Shown here piece after piece: positions 1-10,444 of a stretch of DNA of 64,000 nt (position 1 is its first letter; each line of letters starts with the position of its first letter). Position numbers and translations under genes: made by a program. The notes below the pieces were generated by a model, which searched no databases, was not told the DNA's origin, and worked only from the letters and a program-made list of their open reading frames with translations. Origin of the DNA: Candidatus Marinacidobacterales bacterium (GTDB lineage: Bacteria; Acidobacteriota; Vicinamibacteria; Marinacidobacterales; SMYC01); NCBI GenBank assembly GCA_965237955.1, contig OZ250169.1, positions 1,792,001 to 1,856,000 of the forward strand, given 5' to 3'.

Positions 1-80
1 TTCTCCGCAGCGTCACCATGGCCGATATGCTGGAAGCTCCCCATCAGCAGCAAGGGCCGGTCACGATAAAAACGATCTGA
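1..80 (+). CDS. 3' end of a gene entering the window, possibly an Rrf2/IscR-family regulator
   Basis: Frame starting at 3 reads LRSVTMADMLEAPHQQQGPVTIKTI*. It resembles the Rrf2 C-terminal 'L.xITLADL' motif and Fe-S genes are adjacent, but the fragment is very short. Confidence 0.3.
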   Translation, partial: LRSVTMADMLEAPHQQQGPVTIKTI

Positions 81-150
81 AGGGAATTTACAATTCCAAT
101 TCTCAATTTCCAATGTCCAAGTCGAGCCGTACTCGGATGTTGGGGATTCT

Positions 151-606
151 TTAGCCGCCCGCTTCGTACTCTTCAGCGGTGTGCATGTCGAAAGGCCCAT
201 GTGCCTCGTTCGGGACGAAACCTCGAAGCTCGGCATGACATCGATAGCACACGGTGACGTCGCTCAAGCGGTGATAGAGCGTATAGTCGGCGATGGACGC
301 GAGCATGAGGACGGCCAACGCGGCTGGAAAATGCCATAGCGCGTAGGCGATCGACGACAAGACCACCGTCGCCGTCACCGCGGCGCAACCGAGCTGCTGT
401 GGGAAATCCTTCCGCCGGTAGAGATGAAGATTGTCGCACTGCGGGCAGCGGTCGATAGGGCCACCTTCGACGAGGGCTGGGCTCAAGTGCACTTCATCGC
501 GATGTCCGCAATGCTCGCACCGGCCCGCGCTTTCGGAAGGGGGAAGTGTGTACAGGTTATAGAGCGAGCAGCTGCCGCAAAAATACCCGACCGAGCAATC
601 GTTCAT
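151..606 (-). CDS. Zn-ribbon membrane protein (several CxxC pairs plus 2 TM helices)
   Basis: ATG at 606 overlaps the upstream stop. Motifs CGSC, CEHC, CPQC and CYRC, plus two hydrophobic segments. Confidence 0.7.
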   Translation of the reverse strand: MNDCSVGYFCGSCSLYNLYTLPPSESAGRCEHCGHRDEVHLSPALVEGGPIDRCPQCDNLHLYRRKDFPQQLGCAAVTATVVLSSIAYALWHFPAALAVLMLASIADYTLYHRLSDVTVCYRCHAELRGFVPNEAHGPFDMHTAEEYEAGG

Positions 607-1382
607 AGAGGATAGCCGGTCCTGACGAGCAGAAATTGCGAAACCAGCTCGCCGAAGAGCACGAGAATCAGGGCGACGTAGAGGAGACCGGTCGCGGATT
701 GCGTCGAGCGCATTTTCACGGTTTGCCAGATCAGCCCCGATAGCAAGAGCGGTGCTGCGAGTCCCATGAGACTTCGGAACAAAAAAAAGAGTCCGTTCGT
801 CGAGAAAATGAAATCCGCCGCTCGGCTCACGTGCAGCACTTCCCATCCACCGTAACCGAGGACGGACAGAACCGCCGCCCAGCGAAGCACGACCGCGATG
901 GAAAACCAAAGAGCCCCGTCGCGGAGCGGGGCAATGGAGAGGCTCGTGTCAACGAGGTACCAGTGCCCGAGAATCATCGTGACCGTGACCGTGCCGAGAA
1001 GGAGCGAAGAGCTCATGGCACCGGCCACCGCAAGCCCCTCGCCGCTCTCGCCGCTGTTGCCGCTATTGGATGACAAAAGCGCCGCGAGGATGGGTGCGCC
1101 CACCGACGCGAGGGCGGCGAGCCCCGCGGCGAGCTTCCCACTGCCAGCTCCTTTGCGAAGTGCGATGTGCCAGACTCCGCTAGCCACGGCCAAGCCGAAC
1201 CACACCCACCGAATCGACCCGGCATCGAGAAATCCCGCGAGCGCGGCCGCCCCTGCGGCGGACGCGGTACAAAACAGGAGAAAAGCTCCCGGGAGCTGGT
1301 TGGAGAATGCAAGGGCGGCGGTAACGAAGAGCCCACCCGCTGCGAGATGGCTCGCAAAATGGGCGGTTACACGCCAAAGCAT
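603..1382 (-). CDS. Polytopic membrane protein of unknown function
   Basis: About 7-8 hydrophobic segments; conserved-looking MILGHWYL and TQSATGLLY stretches. Confidence 0.7.
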   Translation of the reverse strand: MLWRVTAHFASHLAAGGLFVTAALAFSNQLPGAFLLFCTASAAGAAALAGFLDAGSIRWVWFGLAVASGVWHIALRKGAGSGKLAAGLAALASVGAPILAALLSSNSGNSGESGEGLAVAGAMSSSLLLGTVTVTMILGHWYLVDTSLSIAPLRDGALWFSIAVVLRWAAVLSVLGYGGWEVLHVSRAADFIFSTNGLFFLFRSLMGLAAPLLLSGLIWQTVKMRSTQSATGLLYVALILVLFGELVSQFLLVRTGYPL

Positions 1383-1407
1383 GTTGTGTACAGCACCCGC
1401 GTTCGCG

Positions 1408-1716
1408 CTAGGGCTTGGTTGAACCTAGTTGCCCAAGCTTGTACTGGATCCAGTAGCGGAGGTCGGGGGTCAAATCCGAGATCCGCATGCCGTCTTCGAC
1501 GGCGGTTTGGCATCCGCGGGTCCGAGTCGGCAGCAAACTGTCGGCTTTCGCCACGCTCATCTCGCAGTTGCCGCACTCGTTGCTCCAACAAAATCTTCCC
1601 AGGACCGGGACTTCGTCCCTAACTATATATTGGATGCGCGCGAGGAGCACTTCGCCTTTAGGGACGGCGAAAGTCGCGCCTTCGATCTCGATGTGAACGA
1701 GATCGAAGGCGCTCAA
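1408..1716 (-). CDS. 2Fe-2S ferredoxin-like protein
   Basis: FCWSNECGNC...RGCQT cysteine pattern of the NuoG/FdhF N-terminal 2Fe-2S type. Confidence 0.75.
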   Translation of the reverse strand: MSAFDLVHIEIEGATFAVPKGEVLLARIQYIVRDEVPVLGRFCWSNECGNCEMSVAKADSLLPTRTRGCQTAVEDGMRISDLTPDLRYWIQYKLGQLGSTKP

Positions 1717-1767
1717 GCGAGTGTTACTGGGAGTTTGGCCTGCCGTCGGCGAGGCAGGCCGCGTTCG

Positions 1768-2091
1768 TCAGACCTGGAACGACTCACCGCAGCCGCAGCT
1801 GCCGGTGGAGTTCGGATTGCTGAAACGAAAACCCGAGCCCATGATGTCTTCCACGTAGTCGATCTCGGTGCCATCAAGATAGAGGAAGCTTCTAGAATCG
1901 ATGAAGAGCTTGACGCCCTCTTGTTCGAAAACCTCGTCGCCCTCGGACGCGCTGTCATCGAGCGCGAGCTGGTATTGGAAACCGGAGCAGCCGCCGCCGA
2001 CGACGCGGACACGCAGTCCAGCGTCGGGACGTCCGTTCTGCTGCAAGAACTCTTGCACCTTCGTGGCGGCCAGAGACGTGATCTTGAGCAT
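1768..2091 (-). CDS. iscA: A-type Fe-S carrier (IscA/ErpA/HesB family)
   Basis: GGGCSG and C-terminal CGCGESF motifs. Confidence 0.93.
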   Translation of the reverse strand: MLKITSLAATKVQEFLQQNGRPDAGLRVRVVGGGCSGFQYQLALDDSASEGDEVFEQEGVKLFIDSRSFLYLDGTEIDYVEDIMGSGFRFSNPNSTGSCGCGESFQV

Positions 2092-2159
2092 GCGTTGTTC
2101 TCCTAAGTCCTTTAGCTGAGCGTGATTCGGGAAATCTAACCGAAACGCTCAGACATCCT

Positions 2160-2260
2160 AGTATAGACAGGCGCCAAAATCCGTGTCAAGCGGTTAGTTT
2201 CGGCCTCACTTTCAATGGTGCTGCGTGCGTTTGACAACACCGCTCACGCTTTCCTACCAT
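2160..2260. promoter_or_regulatory. Divergent sigma70-like promoters for iscA and the PHP gene
   Basis: Minus strand TTGACA-N18-TATACT (2189-2160); plus strand TTGACA-N18-TACCAT (2231-2260). Confidence 0.55.
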
Positions 2261-2278
2261 GAACGGTTCTCGATTGTT

Positions 2279-3112
2279 ATGCCCGCTGAGAGTAGTCAAG
2301 GTCTCTACGACCTACATGCGCACACGACCGCGTCGGAGGGGACGCTCTCGCCTGCCGAGCTCGTACGGATGGCGAGCGAGCTTGGGTTGCGCGCCCTTGC
2401 GGTGACCGACCACGATACCGTCGAAGGCGTTCCCGAGGCGATTGCACAAGCCGATGCGCTCGGCATCGAGCTCGTTCCCGGGGTCGAGATCAGCGCGAAC
2501 TTCGGGGACGTTCCTGTTCATGTCCTCGGGCTGTTCGTAGAGTATCGGGAACCTCGGCTCGTCGAGTTTTTCGCCCAAGCGGGCAAACGACGCGTAGACC
2601 GAGTGCACCAGATGGTGGAAAAGCTCGCGAAGCTCGGGATCGACATCGAGCCCGAATGGGTTTTCGCGCGCTCGAGCCACGGCACAATAGGACGACCTCA
2701 CGTCGCCGAAGTGCTCATCGAGCGAGGCGTCGTCGCGAGCTTGACGGAAGCGTTCACTCGCTATCTCGGCGAGGACGGTCCTGCGTACGTGGGCTACGAA
2801 AAAGTATCGCTCGAGGACGCGATCGCTCTCATCCAGCGAGCGGGAGGTTTGGCTTCTCTTGCGCATCCGTACGTGCTCGATGACGATGGACTCATTGCCG
2901 ACATGGCGGCGAGCGGGCTGCCAGCGCTCGAGGTCTACCACCGGGATCACTCGCCCGAAAAGATCGCAGACTACGAAGCGCTTGCCGAGGAGCTCGGCCT
3001 ACTGGCAACGGGAGGGTCGGACTTCCATCGACCGAACGGGGACGACCGAGAGCTCGGCTGCGCTCAGCTTACCGAAGAAGCGTTCGAGCGACTCCGCGCC
3101 GCGGCAAAATGA
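2279..3112 (+). CDS. PHP-domain phosphoesterase (YciV/TrpH-like)
   Basis: DLHAHT, TDHD, GRPH, AHP and GGSDFH motifs. Confidence 0.92.
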   Translation: MPAESSQGLYDLHAHTTASEGTLSPAELVRMASELGLRALAVTDHDTVEGVPEAIAQADALGIELVPGVEISANFGDVPVHVLGLFVEYREPRLVEFFAQAGKRRVDRVHQMVEKLAKLGIDIEPEWVFARSSHGTIGRPHVAEVLIERGVVASLTEAFTRYLGEDGPAYVGYEKVSLEDAIALIQRAGGLASLAHPYVLDDDGLIADMAASGLPALEVYHRDHSPEKIADYEALAEELGLLATGGSDFHRPNGDDRELGCAQLTEEAFERLRAAAK

Positions 3113-3411
3113 CGCAGCATCGGGTCGCATCCACGGGTGACGTCCCGGAGGGTTCCGGCATCGCCGTCGATATCGGTGACCGACGCATCGCGATTTTTCG
3201 CTACCGCGACGAGTTCTTTGCCCTCGACGAAACCTGCCCGCACCGAGGTGCTCCACTACACGAAGGGAGCATCACCAACGGCATCCTGATGTGCCCCTGG
3301 CACCAGTGGCGCTTCGAGCTCGCAAGCGGTTGCTCTCCAGTGAATCCGTTGTCGCGGGTAAACCGCTATCCAGTTCGCGTCGTTGACGATGCGATCTGGA
3401 TATCGGTTTAG
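3109..3411 (+). CDS. Rieske (2Fe-2S) ferredoxin, NirD-like
   Basis: CPH...CPWH Rieske motif. Confidence 0.9.
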   Translation: MTQHRVASTGDVPEGSGIAVDIGDRRIAIFRYRDEFFALDETCPHRGAPLHEGSITNGILMCPWHQWRFELASGCSPVNPLSRVNRYPVRVVDDAIWISV

Positions 3412-3458
3412 CTACACCTACCGGCACGGCTTGATGTGGACGGAATGCCGTATACCGT

Positions 3459-4742
3459 CTAATCGAATGCCGCTTTCAAACTCTGGCGGGCGCCGGCCAG
3501 AGTGCGGTCGAGATCATCGGGCTCGTGGGCGAGGGAGACGAAGAGGGCTTCGAACTGAGAGGGCGGCAAGTGGACGCCGCTTTCGAGCATCGAGCGAAAA
3601 AAGCGGGCGTGACGTTTCGTGTCCGAGCGGGTCGCGCTCTCGAAATCGGTGACCGGGCCTTCGGTGAAGAACAGCGTCAGCATCGAGCCCACCCGATTCA
3701 CCGTCAGCGGCAAGCTCAGCTCCGAGAGGATACCCTCGAGCCCGACCTCGAGATGATGGGAGCGTGTTTCGAGTCGATCCCACGCGTTGGCTTCTTCCAA
3801 TGCTTCGAGTTGGGCGAGCCCGGCGCTCATCGCTAACGGGTTTCCCGACAACGTGCCGGCCTGGTAAACAGGACCCGCCGGCGCGATCTGCTCCATGAGA
3901 TCACGTCGGCCTCCATAGGCGCCGACCGGGAGGCCGCCGCCAATCACTTTGCCGAGCGTGGTCAGGTCCGGGTTTACACCGTAGAGCTCTTGCGCGCCCC
4001 CACGGCTCACTCGAAACCCCGTCATGACTTCGTCGAAGATCAGGAGCGCGCCGTGCTGCTCGCTCACCTGCCGTAGACCTTCGAGGAATCCTTCGGCCGG
4101 CGGCACGACCCCCATGTTGCCTGCCACGGGCTCCACGATGACACAGGCGATGGTCTCGGGCGAGGCTTCGAACGCGCGGCGAACGGAGTCGAGATCGTTG
4201 AAGCGAGCGAGCGACGTCAACGCGGCGAGTGATGCCGGGACTCCGGGGCTGTCGGGAACGCCCATCGTCAACGCGCCCGATCCGGCCTGAATCAGGAAAG
4301 AATCGCCGTGTCCGTGATAACACCCTTTGAACTTGAGGATTCCATCCCGGCCGGTTGCGGCGCGTGCCAGGCGAATCGCAGAAAGCGTCGCCTCGGTTCC
4401 CGAGTTGACCATGCGCACCATGTCGACGGACGGCACGAGGGAGGTGAGCTTCTTGGCCATCTCCACCTCGAGCGCCGTGGGCGTACCGAAGGCCGTGCCC
4501 TTCTTGGCCGCGTCCTCGAGCGCGTCGACGACGCGTGGATGAGCGTGTCCAAGAATCAGCGGACCATAGGCGCCGATGTAGTCGATGTACTCACGACCGT
4601 CTTCGTCGGTGATGCGGCAACCACGCGCGCCCGTGATGAACCGCGGAGCCATGTCGATGCCGCGGAAGGCGCGGACGGGCGAGTTGACGCCGCCGGGCAA
4701 GTAGCGCTTCGCCTCTTCGTAGAGCTGTTCGCTTCGACTCAT
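3459..4742 (-). CDS. hemL: Glutamate-1-semialdehyde 2,1-aminomutase
   Basis: [27 protein letters not shown] and GKVIGGG motifs. Confidence 0.97.
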   Translation of the reverse strand: MSRSEQLYEEAKRYLPGGVNSPVRAFRGIDMAPRFITGARGCRITDEDGREYIDYIGAYGPLILGHAHPRVVDALEDAAKKGTAFGTPTALEVEMAKKLTSLVPSVDMVRMVNSGTEATLSAIRLARAATGRDGILKFKGCYHGHGDSFLIQAGSGALTMGVPDSPGVPASLAALTSLARFNDLDSVRRAFEASPETIACVIVEPVAGNMGVVPPAEGFLEGLRQVSEQHGALLIFDEVMTGFRVSRGGAQELYGVNPDLTTLGKVIGGGLPVGAYGGRRDLMEQIAPAGPVYQAGTLSGNPLAMSAGLAQLEALEEANAWDRLETRSHHLEVGLEGILSELSLPLTVNRVGSMLTLFFTEGPVTDFESATRSDTKRHARFFRSMLESGVHLPPSQFEALFVSLAHEPDDLDRTLAGARQSLKAAFD

Positions 4743-4765
4743 TGTGCTTATCGGCCTTGGGGGGC

Positions 4766-5542
4766 TCAGGCGAGCTCCCGAGAAAAATGCTGCCGAATGG
4801 CTTCGACCAACCCTTCGGTGGTGTAGCGTTCGGCTTCGATGACGGGCTCGACGTTCTCCTCGCGGAGCGCGTCGCTGGTGATCGGACCAATGCTTGCGGG
4901 AGCGACGTGAGCGCGCAGGTTGTCGTCCGCCGAAGCAAAAAAACTGCGCACCGTGGAGCCCGACGTGAACGTGACCGCGTCCACCGAGCCGTCGCGGACC
5001 AAGGCGGTGGCGCGCTCGATGTCTTCGCTCGAGGCAACGGTCCGGTACGCGGCGACGTCGTCGACGTCACAACCGGCGTCGCGCAAGAGGTTCGGCAACG
5101 CCTCCCGGGCGATGTCGGCCCGAGGGAGGAGAATCTTCTTACCCGATAAGTCGGTGTGCCGCGACAGCGCTTCGAACACTTCTTCGGCCACGAAACGTTC
5201 CGGAACCACGGTAGCCTCGACGCCCCGCTCAGACAGCGCGTCCGCGGTCGCGGGGCCGATGGCGGCGAATGCGGAGCCCAACGTTGAGTGACGCGTAGAC
5301 GCGATGCGATCGAAAAAAGCTTCGACCCCGTTGACACTGGTGAAAACGATCCAATCGTAGTCATCCGCGTGCGCGAGGGCGGCATCGAGGGCTGCCCAGT
5401 CGGCCGGAGGCTCGATACGGATAGCGGGAGCGACGACGACGTCGGCACCGAGTGCGGCGAGAGCGTTCTTCAGAGATTCGGCCTGGTGGCGGGGACGGGT
5501 GACGACGATGCGGCGTCCGCTCAGAGGCCTTTGTTCCGTCAC
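4766..5542 (-). CDS. hemD: Uroporphyrinogen-III synthase
   Basis: [21 protein letters not shown] and FTSGSTV motifs; position in the hem operon. Confidence 0.93.
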   Translation of the reverse strand: MTEQRPLSGRRIVVTRPRHQAESLKNALAALGADVVVAPAIRIEPPADWAALDAALAHADDYDWIVFTSVNGVEAFFDRIASTRHSTLGSAFAAIGPATADALSERGVEATVVPERFVAEEVFEALSRHTDLSGKKILLPRADIAREALPNLLRDAGCDVDDVAAYRTVASSEDIERATALVRDGSVDAVTFTSGSTVRSFFASADDNLRAHVAPASIGPITSDALREENVEPVIEAERYTTEGLVEAIRQHFSRELA

Positions 5543-6456
5543 CGATCGTCACCCGGTCGCGCCACCTCGCGCATGATCTCGGCGGCTCCCATCTCTAGCA
5601 TCTCCTCGGCGAGCGCGAGCCCCAATGCTTCCGGCACGTCTCCCATCGCCTCACGCCTCAAGTGGCGCGCGCCGTCGACGGAGCCCACGTACCCGCGGAG
5701 CCGTAGCCGGTCGCCGTCCGTGTAGGCATAAGCCCCCATGGGAACTTGACACCCACCTTCGAGGCGTCCGAGAAAAGCACGCTCGCAAGCGACCGACCGC
5801 TGGCTGTCGACGTGATTCAACCGCGCGACAACCGCGAGAACATCTCGATCGTCGGTGCGGGTCTCGATGGCGAGAGCGCCCTGTCCTACCGCGGGGATCA
5901 TGTCTTCGATGGGGATCAGGGCGCCAATGCGCTCGACCAGGCCGAGTCGAACCAGCCCGGCTGCGGCGAGCACGATCGCGTCCCACGACGAGGCGTCGAA
6001 TTTGCCGAGGCGGGTCAAAACGTTACCGCGCAAATCCTCGACGTTCATGTCGGGGCGAGTGGCAAGAAGCTGCGAGCGCCGCCGCAAGCTCCCGGTGGCG
6101 AGCCGCGCCCCTCGGGGTAGCGAGGCGATGGAGTCGGCGCTCCGGCTGACGAGGGCGTCGCGCGCGTCCAAACGCTCGAGCGTTGCGGCGAGAGTCAGCC
6201 CGTCGGGCACGACCGAGGGAACGTCTTTCATGCTGTGGACGGCGATGTCGATACGCTCGTCGAGCAAAGCGGATTCGATCTCTTTGGTGAATAAACCTGA
6301 GGGTCCCACTTGGCTCAGAGGCCGGTCGGTGACCCGATCACCGTGGGTCTCGATGATCACGAGCTCGCTCTCGCCCTCGAGTGCTTGCATCGTCGAGCGC
6401 GCTTGGATGAGCGCCAGGTCGCTCCCGCGACTTCCGACGCGGATGGCGCGCGTCAT
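5539..6456 (-). CDS. hemC: Hydroxymethylbilane synthase
   Basis: GSRGSDLA, FTKEIE, AVHSMKD and LEGGCQVP motifs; start trimmed to MTRAIRVG. Confidence 0.96.
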   Translation of the reverse strand: MTRAIRVGSRGSDLALIQARSTMQALEGESELVIIETHGDRVTDRPLSQVGPSGLFTKEIESALLDERIDIAVHSMKDVPSVVPDGLTLAATLERLDARDALVSRSADSIASLPRGARLATGSLRRRSQLLATRPDMNVEDLRGNVLTRLGKFDASSWDAIVLAAAGLVRLGLVERIGALIPIEDMIPAVGQGALAIETRTDDRDVLAVVARLNHVDSQRSVACERAFLGRLEGGCQVPMGAYAYTDGDRLRLRGYVGSVDGARHLRREAMGDVPEALGLALAEEMLEMGAAEIMREVARPGDDR

Positions 6457-6469
6457 TATGTTCTCAGTG

Positions 6470-7771
6470 TCATCGAGACTTCTTTTGGTTCGACGCGTCC
6501 GGTCGCTCGAGGTCGAACGCTTCGTAGAGCGTGTCGATGCGAAGAGCGTCGAATTCTCCCGCGTCACTCTCAGTCTCAGTCCAATCACGAACGTGGCCCA
6601 TGAGCGGATGGAGGATCTTGTTGACCAAACTTTCCGTCAACAGATCCAATTGCTCGCGATCTTCTCGGCAGAATCGTTTTCGATGGCGGGAGAGCTCTAG
6701 AGCCCGGATCTTCTCGACCCGCTCCCGAATCTTCTTGATGAGCGGGGTCGCCGCGAGTGAGTTGCGCCAGGTGACGAAGCTCTCGAGCTCGTGCTCGACG
6801 ATGGACTCGACCTTGGGAATCTCGGTACGTCGCTTTTCCAAACTGCGATCGACGAGCACGTTCATGTCGTCGATGTCGTGCAGGAACACGTCCTCCATCT
6901 CACCGATGCTGCCCTCGAAATCCCGGGGCACGGCGATGTCGATGACATAGATCGGTCGGCCGCCCCGCCGGCTCAAAATGGGCGCCATCATCTCGCGGCT
7001 GACGATAGGGGCGGTCGCGGCGGTGGAGCTGATTACGATATCGGCCGATGCGAGCGCCTCTTCGAGTCGATGGAGCGGCATGGCGCGACCACCGAGCTCT
7101 CGGGCCAACTCCTCGGCCTTTGCGAACGTGCGGTTCGCGATCACGAGCGACGTGACCCCTCGTTCGATCATGTGCCGCGCGGTGAGCGTACCCATCTCCC
7201 CGACCCCGATCAGAAGCACAGTGCGGGAAGAGAGGTCCTCGAAGATTTTGCCGGCGAGCTCGGACGCGGCACTGGCGATCGAGACCGCTCCCGCGCCGAT
7301 TTTGGTCTCGTTTCTGGCGCGCCGTCCCACTGCGACCGCCGATTGGAGGATGCGGTTCAAAACGATCCCACAGGCGCGGCTTTCGAGGGAAAGCTCATGG
7401 GCCCGCCGCACTTGACCCAAGATCTGAGCTTCTCCGAGAACGAGCGAGTCCAATCCCGCTGCGACGCGCAACAAGTGTCGTACGGATTCGTTCCGGGTAA
7501 GCGTGTACGCATAGCCGGGGTGAGCGTCGAAGTCGATGTTCTTCCGGTGCGCAATCAACTTGCGGATGTACATCTCCGCCGCGCCGTTATCCGTCGATAG
7601 TCCATAGAACTCGGTCCGGTTGCACGTGGACAACAGAATCGCTTCCGCGAGCGTGGGCTCTTCGCGCGCGCGTTTGAGCACATCGAGGATCTCGTCTTCC
7701 GAAAAAGCGACCTTCTCGCGCACCTCGACCGGTGCGGTGCGGTGGTTCATACCGACGACGATGAGATCCAT
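6470..7771 (-). CDS. hemA: Glutamyl-tRNA reductase
   Basis: LSTCNRTE, GLDSLVLGEAQILGQV and DIAVPRD motifs; start trimmed to MDLIVVG. Confidence 0.96.
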   Translation of the reverse strand: MDLIVVGMNHRTAPVEVREKVAFSEDEILDVLKRAREEPTLAEAILLSTCNRTEFYGLSTDNGAAEMYIRKLIAHRKNIDFDAHPGYAYTLTRNESVRHLLRVAAGLDSLVLGEAQILGQVRRAHELSLESRACGIVLNRILQSAVAVGRRARNETKIGAGAVSIASAASELAGKIFEDLSSRTVLLIGVGEMGTLTARHMIERGVTSLVIANRTFAKAEELARELGGRAMPLHRLEEALASADIVISSTAATAPIVSREMMAPILSRRGGRPIYVIDIAVPRDFEGSIGEMEDVFLHDIDDMNVLVDRSLEKRRTEIPKVESIVEHELESFVTWRNSLAATPLIKKIRERVEKIRALELSRHRKRFCREDREQLDLLTESLVNKILHPLMGHVRDWTETESDAGEFDALRIDTLYEAFDLERPDASNQKKSR

Positions 7772-7773
7772 AC

Positions 7774-8598
7774 TCACACGAACGCGTGAAAGCGCGTGAA
7801 CACCAGGTTCACGAACACCAGAGAAAAGAGGATGACGGCAAAGCCGGCGATCGACGTGAACGCGACGCGTTTCGCCGACCAACCCCAGAATCGAGTCGCG
7901 CCGACGCAAAGACCGTAGATCAACCACGCGATGAAGGTGATCATGAGCTTCGGATCCCAGCTCCAATAGGTTCCATAGACCTTCACCAGGAGTACCAACC
8001 CACCGACCATGGCGACGCTCAGGAAAACGAGGCCGAGGATTGCCGAGCGGTAGGTGAAGTTCGCCATCACTTCGAGAGACGGCAACTGTTTGTAAATGAG
8101 GCCGAAGCGGTGCTGCTTGATGTCGTAAAAGAGCATCAAGTAGAGAACGCCGTACATTGCCGAGATCGCCATTCCCGAGTATCCGAGAAGCGCCGTCGAC
8201 ACGTGTAGCATGAACGCCGGCTCCCACAGGAGCGCGCTGAAGCTCTCGGGTTCCTGCACGAAAGCCGACGAAATGATCTGGAAAAGGAACACGATGCCGA
8301 TGATGAAAAAGCCGGTCGTCGAGACGCCGATGCGGGACTCGATGAGCAGGTACAGGGCGATCACGGAAAAGGCGAGAACCGAGCACGCCTCGAATACGGT
8401 GGCGGCGGGGAAGTGATGGTACACAACCGTCCTGAGGACCAGGTAGAAGGCGTGTGTCAAGACCGCGAACCGGAGGAGGTGTTTTGCGGTCTTCTCCGCG
8501 AACGGGTCGTTTCGGAAGAACAGGAGCGCATAGTCAGCCCACAAAAGCGCATAGAGGGTCGGCAGAACGATATTGAGAGCTCGGATGGCGCTTTCCAT
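7774..8598 (-). CDS. ccsA: Cytochrome c assembly protein, CcsA/HemX-like
   Basis: 8 TM segments with a WSWDPK motif, directly upstream of hemA. Start uncertain (8598-8628). Confidence 0.85.
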   Translation of the reverse strand: MESAIRALNIVLPTLYALLWADYALLFFRNDPFAEKTAKHLLRFAVLTHAFYLVLRTVVYHHFPAATVFEACSVLAFSVIALYLLIESRIGVSTTGFFIIGIVFLFQIISSAFVQEPESFSALLWEPAFMLHVSTALLGYSGMAISAMYGVLYLMLFYDIKQHRFGLIYKQLPSLEVMANFTYRSAILGLVFLSVAMVGGLVLLVKVYGTYWSWDPKLMITFIAWLIYGLCVGATRFWGWSAKRVAFTSIAGFAVILFSLVFVNLVFTRFHAFV

Positions 8599-8725
8599 GA
8601 CCTCGGGCCGCATCGCTTCAAGCGGCACTATAGCAATCCTTGTCGATTGTTGTCGCGTGCGCGGGCGGGGATGCTAGTATCACGGGCACGTTTTCGTAGA
8701 TCCCGGAAAAGTTAGGAGAACTGCC

Positions 8726-10435
8726 ATGCGACGTGGCCTTTTCTTCTGCGTTCTCGTCACCATCGGGGGATTGGTCGCGGGATGCGGGTCGCCTCCTGCG
8801 GCGGACGAGGGCGTTTTGCGCGTGGCCCTGTCACGCGAGCCGGCCACGTGGAACCGCTTGCTGGCCGCGGACTACCCCACTCATGTCGTCACCGATCAGC
8901 TCCACGCTCCGTTGATTCGTTTGAACCAGGAGACGCAGCTAATGGAGCCGGCGCTGGCGGAGTCGTGGGAGTTTTCGGAAGATGGCGGCGAGCTCGTGTT
9001 TTACTTGCGGGACGGCGTGCGGTTTTCGGATGGCGAGCCGTTCACCGCGGACGACGTGGCGTTCACGTTCCGGGTTCTCCATGACCCCGGGGTGGCGAGC
9101 CAACTGAAAGACTCGGCGGTGATCGACGGTGAGAACATCGTCGCCCACGTCATCGACGAGACGACTGTCGGCTTCCGGCTGCCGCGCCGCACGGCTACGG
9201 TGGAGAGGATCTTCGACAGTATTCGGATCCTCCCCGAGCATCGTCTGGCGGAGAGCCTCGCCGCCGGCACGCTCGCCGCCGATACCGGACTCGGTGCGCC
9301 CATCGAGAACATCGTCGGTCTCGGAGCGTTCCGTCTGCGCGAGCACGTTCCAGGCCAGCGTATCGTCCTCGAGAAAAACCCGCATTACTTTCGATCGGGC
9401 GACGACGTGTACCCGCGACTGTCGGGAATAGTTTTCGACGTCGTACCGGACACGAACGCCCAAGTTCTCAAGCTCCGCGCCGGCGAGTTCGACCTGCTCG
9501 AGCCCATCGCGCCGGAAGCGTTTCGCGAGCTTCGACGAGAGAGTCCCGCGTCGGTCACTTTGAATGACCTCGGTCCGAGCACGGTTTCCGAGCGCCTGTG
9601 GTTCAACTTGAACCCGGCGAGCCCTATCGATGCGTACAAGAAAAAGTGGTTCGAAGACGTTCGTTTCCGTCGCGCCGTCTCCCTCGCGATCGACCGCAAG
9701 AACATGGCGCGGGTCGTGTTCGGCGGCCTGGCTTCTGCGGCGTCCGGTCCGGTGTCACCCGCCAATCATTTCTGGAGAGACGAGAGCATCCAACCGATGA
9801 AGCGTGACGTCGACAGAGCCCGACGACTCCTCGTCGACGCGGGGTTCCGGTGGGAGGACGAAAACCTCTGCGATCGCGAAGGGAACCCGGTCCGGTTCAC
9901 GATCATCACCAACGCGGGGAGCGATCAGAGACGCCAGGAGGGCGCGTTCATCCAGGAAGATTTGAGGGAGCTCGGCATCGAGACCGTCCTGGCGCCGATC
10001 GAGGGAAGTGCTTTGCTTGCTCGGATCACCGGCACGTTCGACTACGACGCATGTCTACTCGGCTTGACGCAAACGGATCCGGATCCGTCTGCGGAGATGG
10101 CGCTGTGGCTGAGTCGCGCACCGCTTCATTTGTGGCATCCGGCGCAATCGCAGCCTGCGACCGAGTGGGAAGCCCGCATCGACCACCTCATGGAGTCCCA
10201 AATGACTTCGACCGACGACGAGCACCGCAAAGCGTGCTATCACGAAGTGCAACGGATCGTTTTGGAGAACCTGCCGCTGCTCGATCTCGTGGTGCCGCAT
10301 GCGCTCGTTGGTTACAGCTCCGGATTGATGGGCGTCCGGGCGACGCCGTTCTGGCACATTTTATGGAACAGTGACGAGCTTTTCCTCGAACGAGCGACAA
10401 TCCCACGAAATTCAAACCGTGACAGAAGTCACTGA
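8726..10435 (+). CDS. ABC peptide/nickel substrate-binding lipoprotein (OppA/DppA family 5)
   Basis: Lipobox VAGC and LRDGVRFSDGEPFTADDVAFT signature; no permease genes adjacent. Confidence 0.92.
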   Translation: MRRGLFFCVLVTIGGLVAGCGSPPAADEGVLRVALSREPATWNRLLAADYPTHVVTDQLHAPLIRLNQETQLMEPALAESWEFSEDGGELVFYLRDGVRFSDGEPFTADDVAFTFRVLHDPGVASQLKDSAVIDGENIVAHVIDETTVGFRLPRRTATVERIFDSIRILPEHRLAESLAAGTLAADTGLGAPIENIVGLGAFRLREHVPGQRIVLEKNPHYFRSGDDVYPRLSGIVFDVVPDTNAQVLKLRAGEFDLLEPIAPEAFRELRRESPASVTLNDLGPSTVSERLWFNLNPASPIDAYKKKWFEDVRFRRAVSLAIDRKNMARVVFGGLASAASGPVSPANHFWRDESIQPMKRDVDRARRLLVDAGFRWEDENLCDREGNPVRFTIITNAGSDQRRQEGAFIQEDLRELGIETVLAPIEGSALLARITGTFDYDACLLGLTQTDPDPSAEMALWLSRAPLHLWHPAQSQPATEWEARIDHLMESQMTSTDDEHRKACYHEVQRIVLENLPLLDLVVPHALVGYSSGLMGVRATPFWHILWNSDELFLERATIPRNSNRDRSH

Positions 10436-10444
10436 TCCCAGGGT

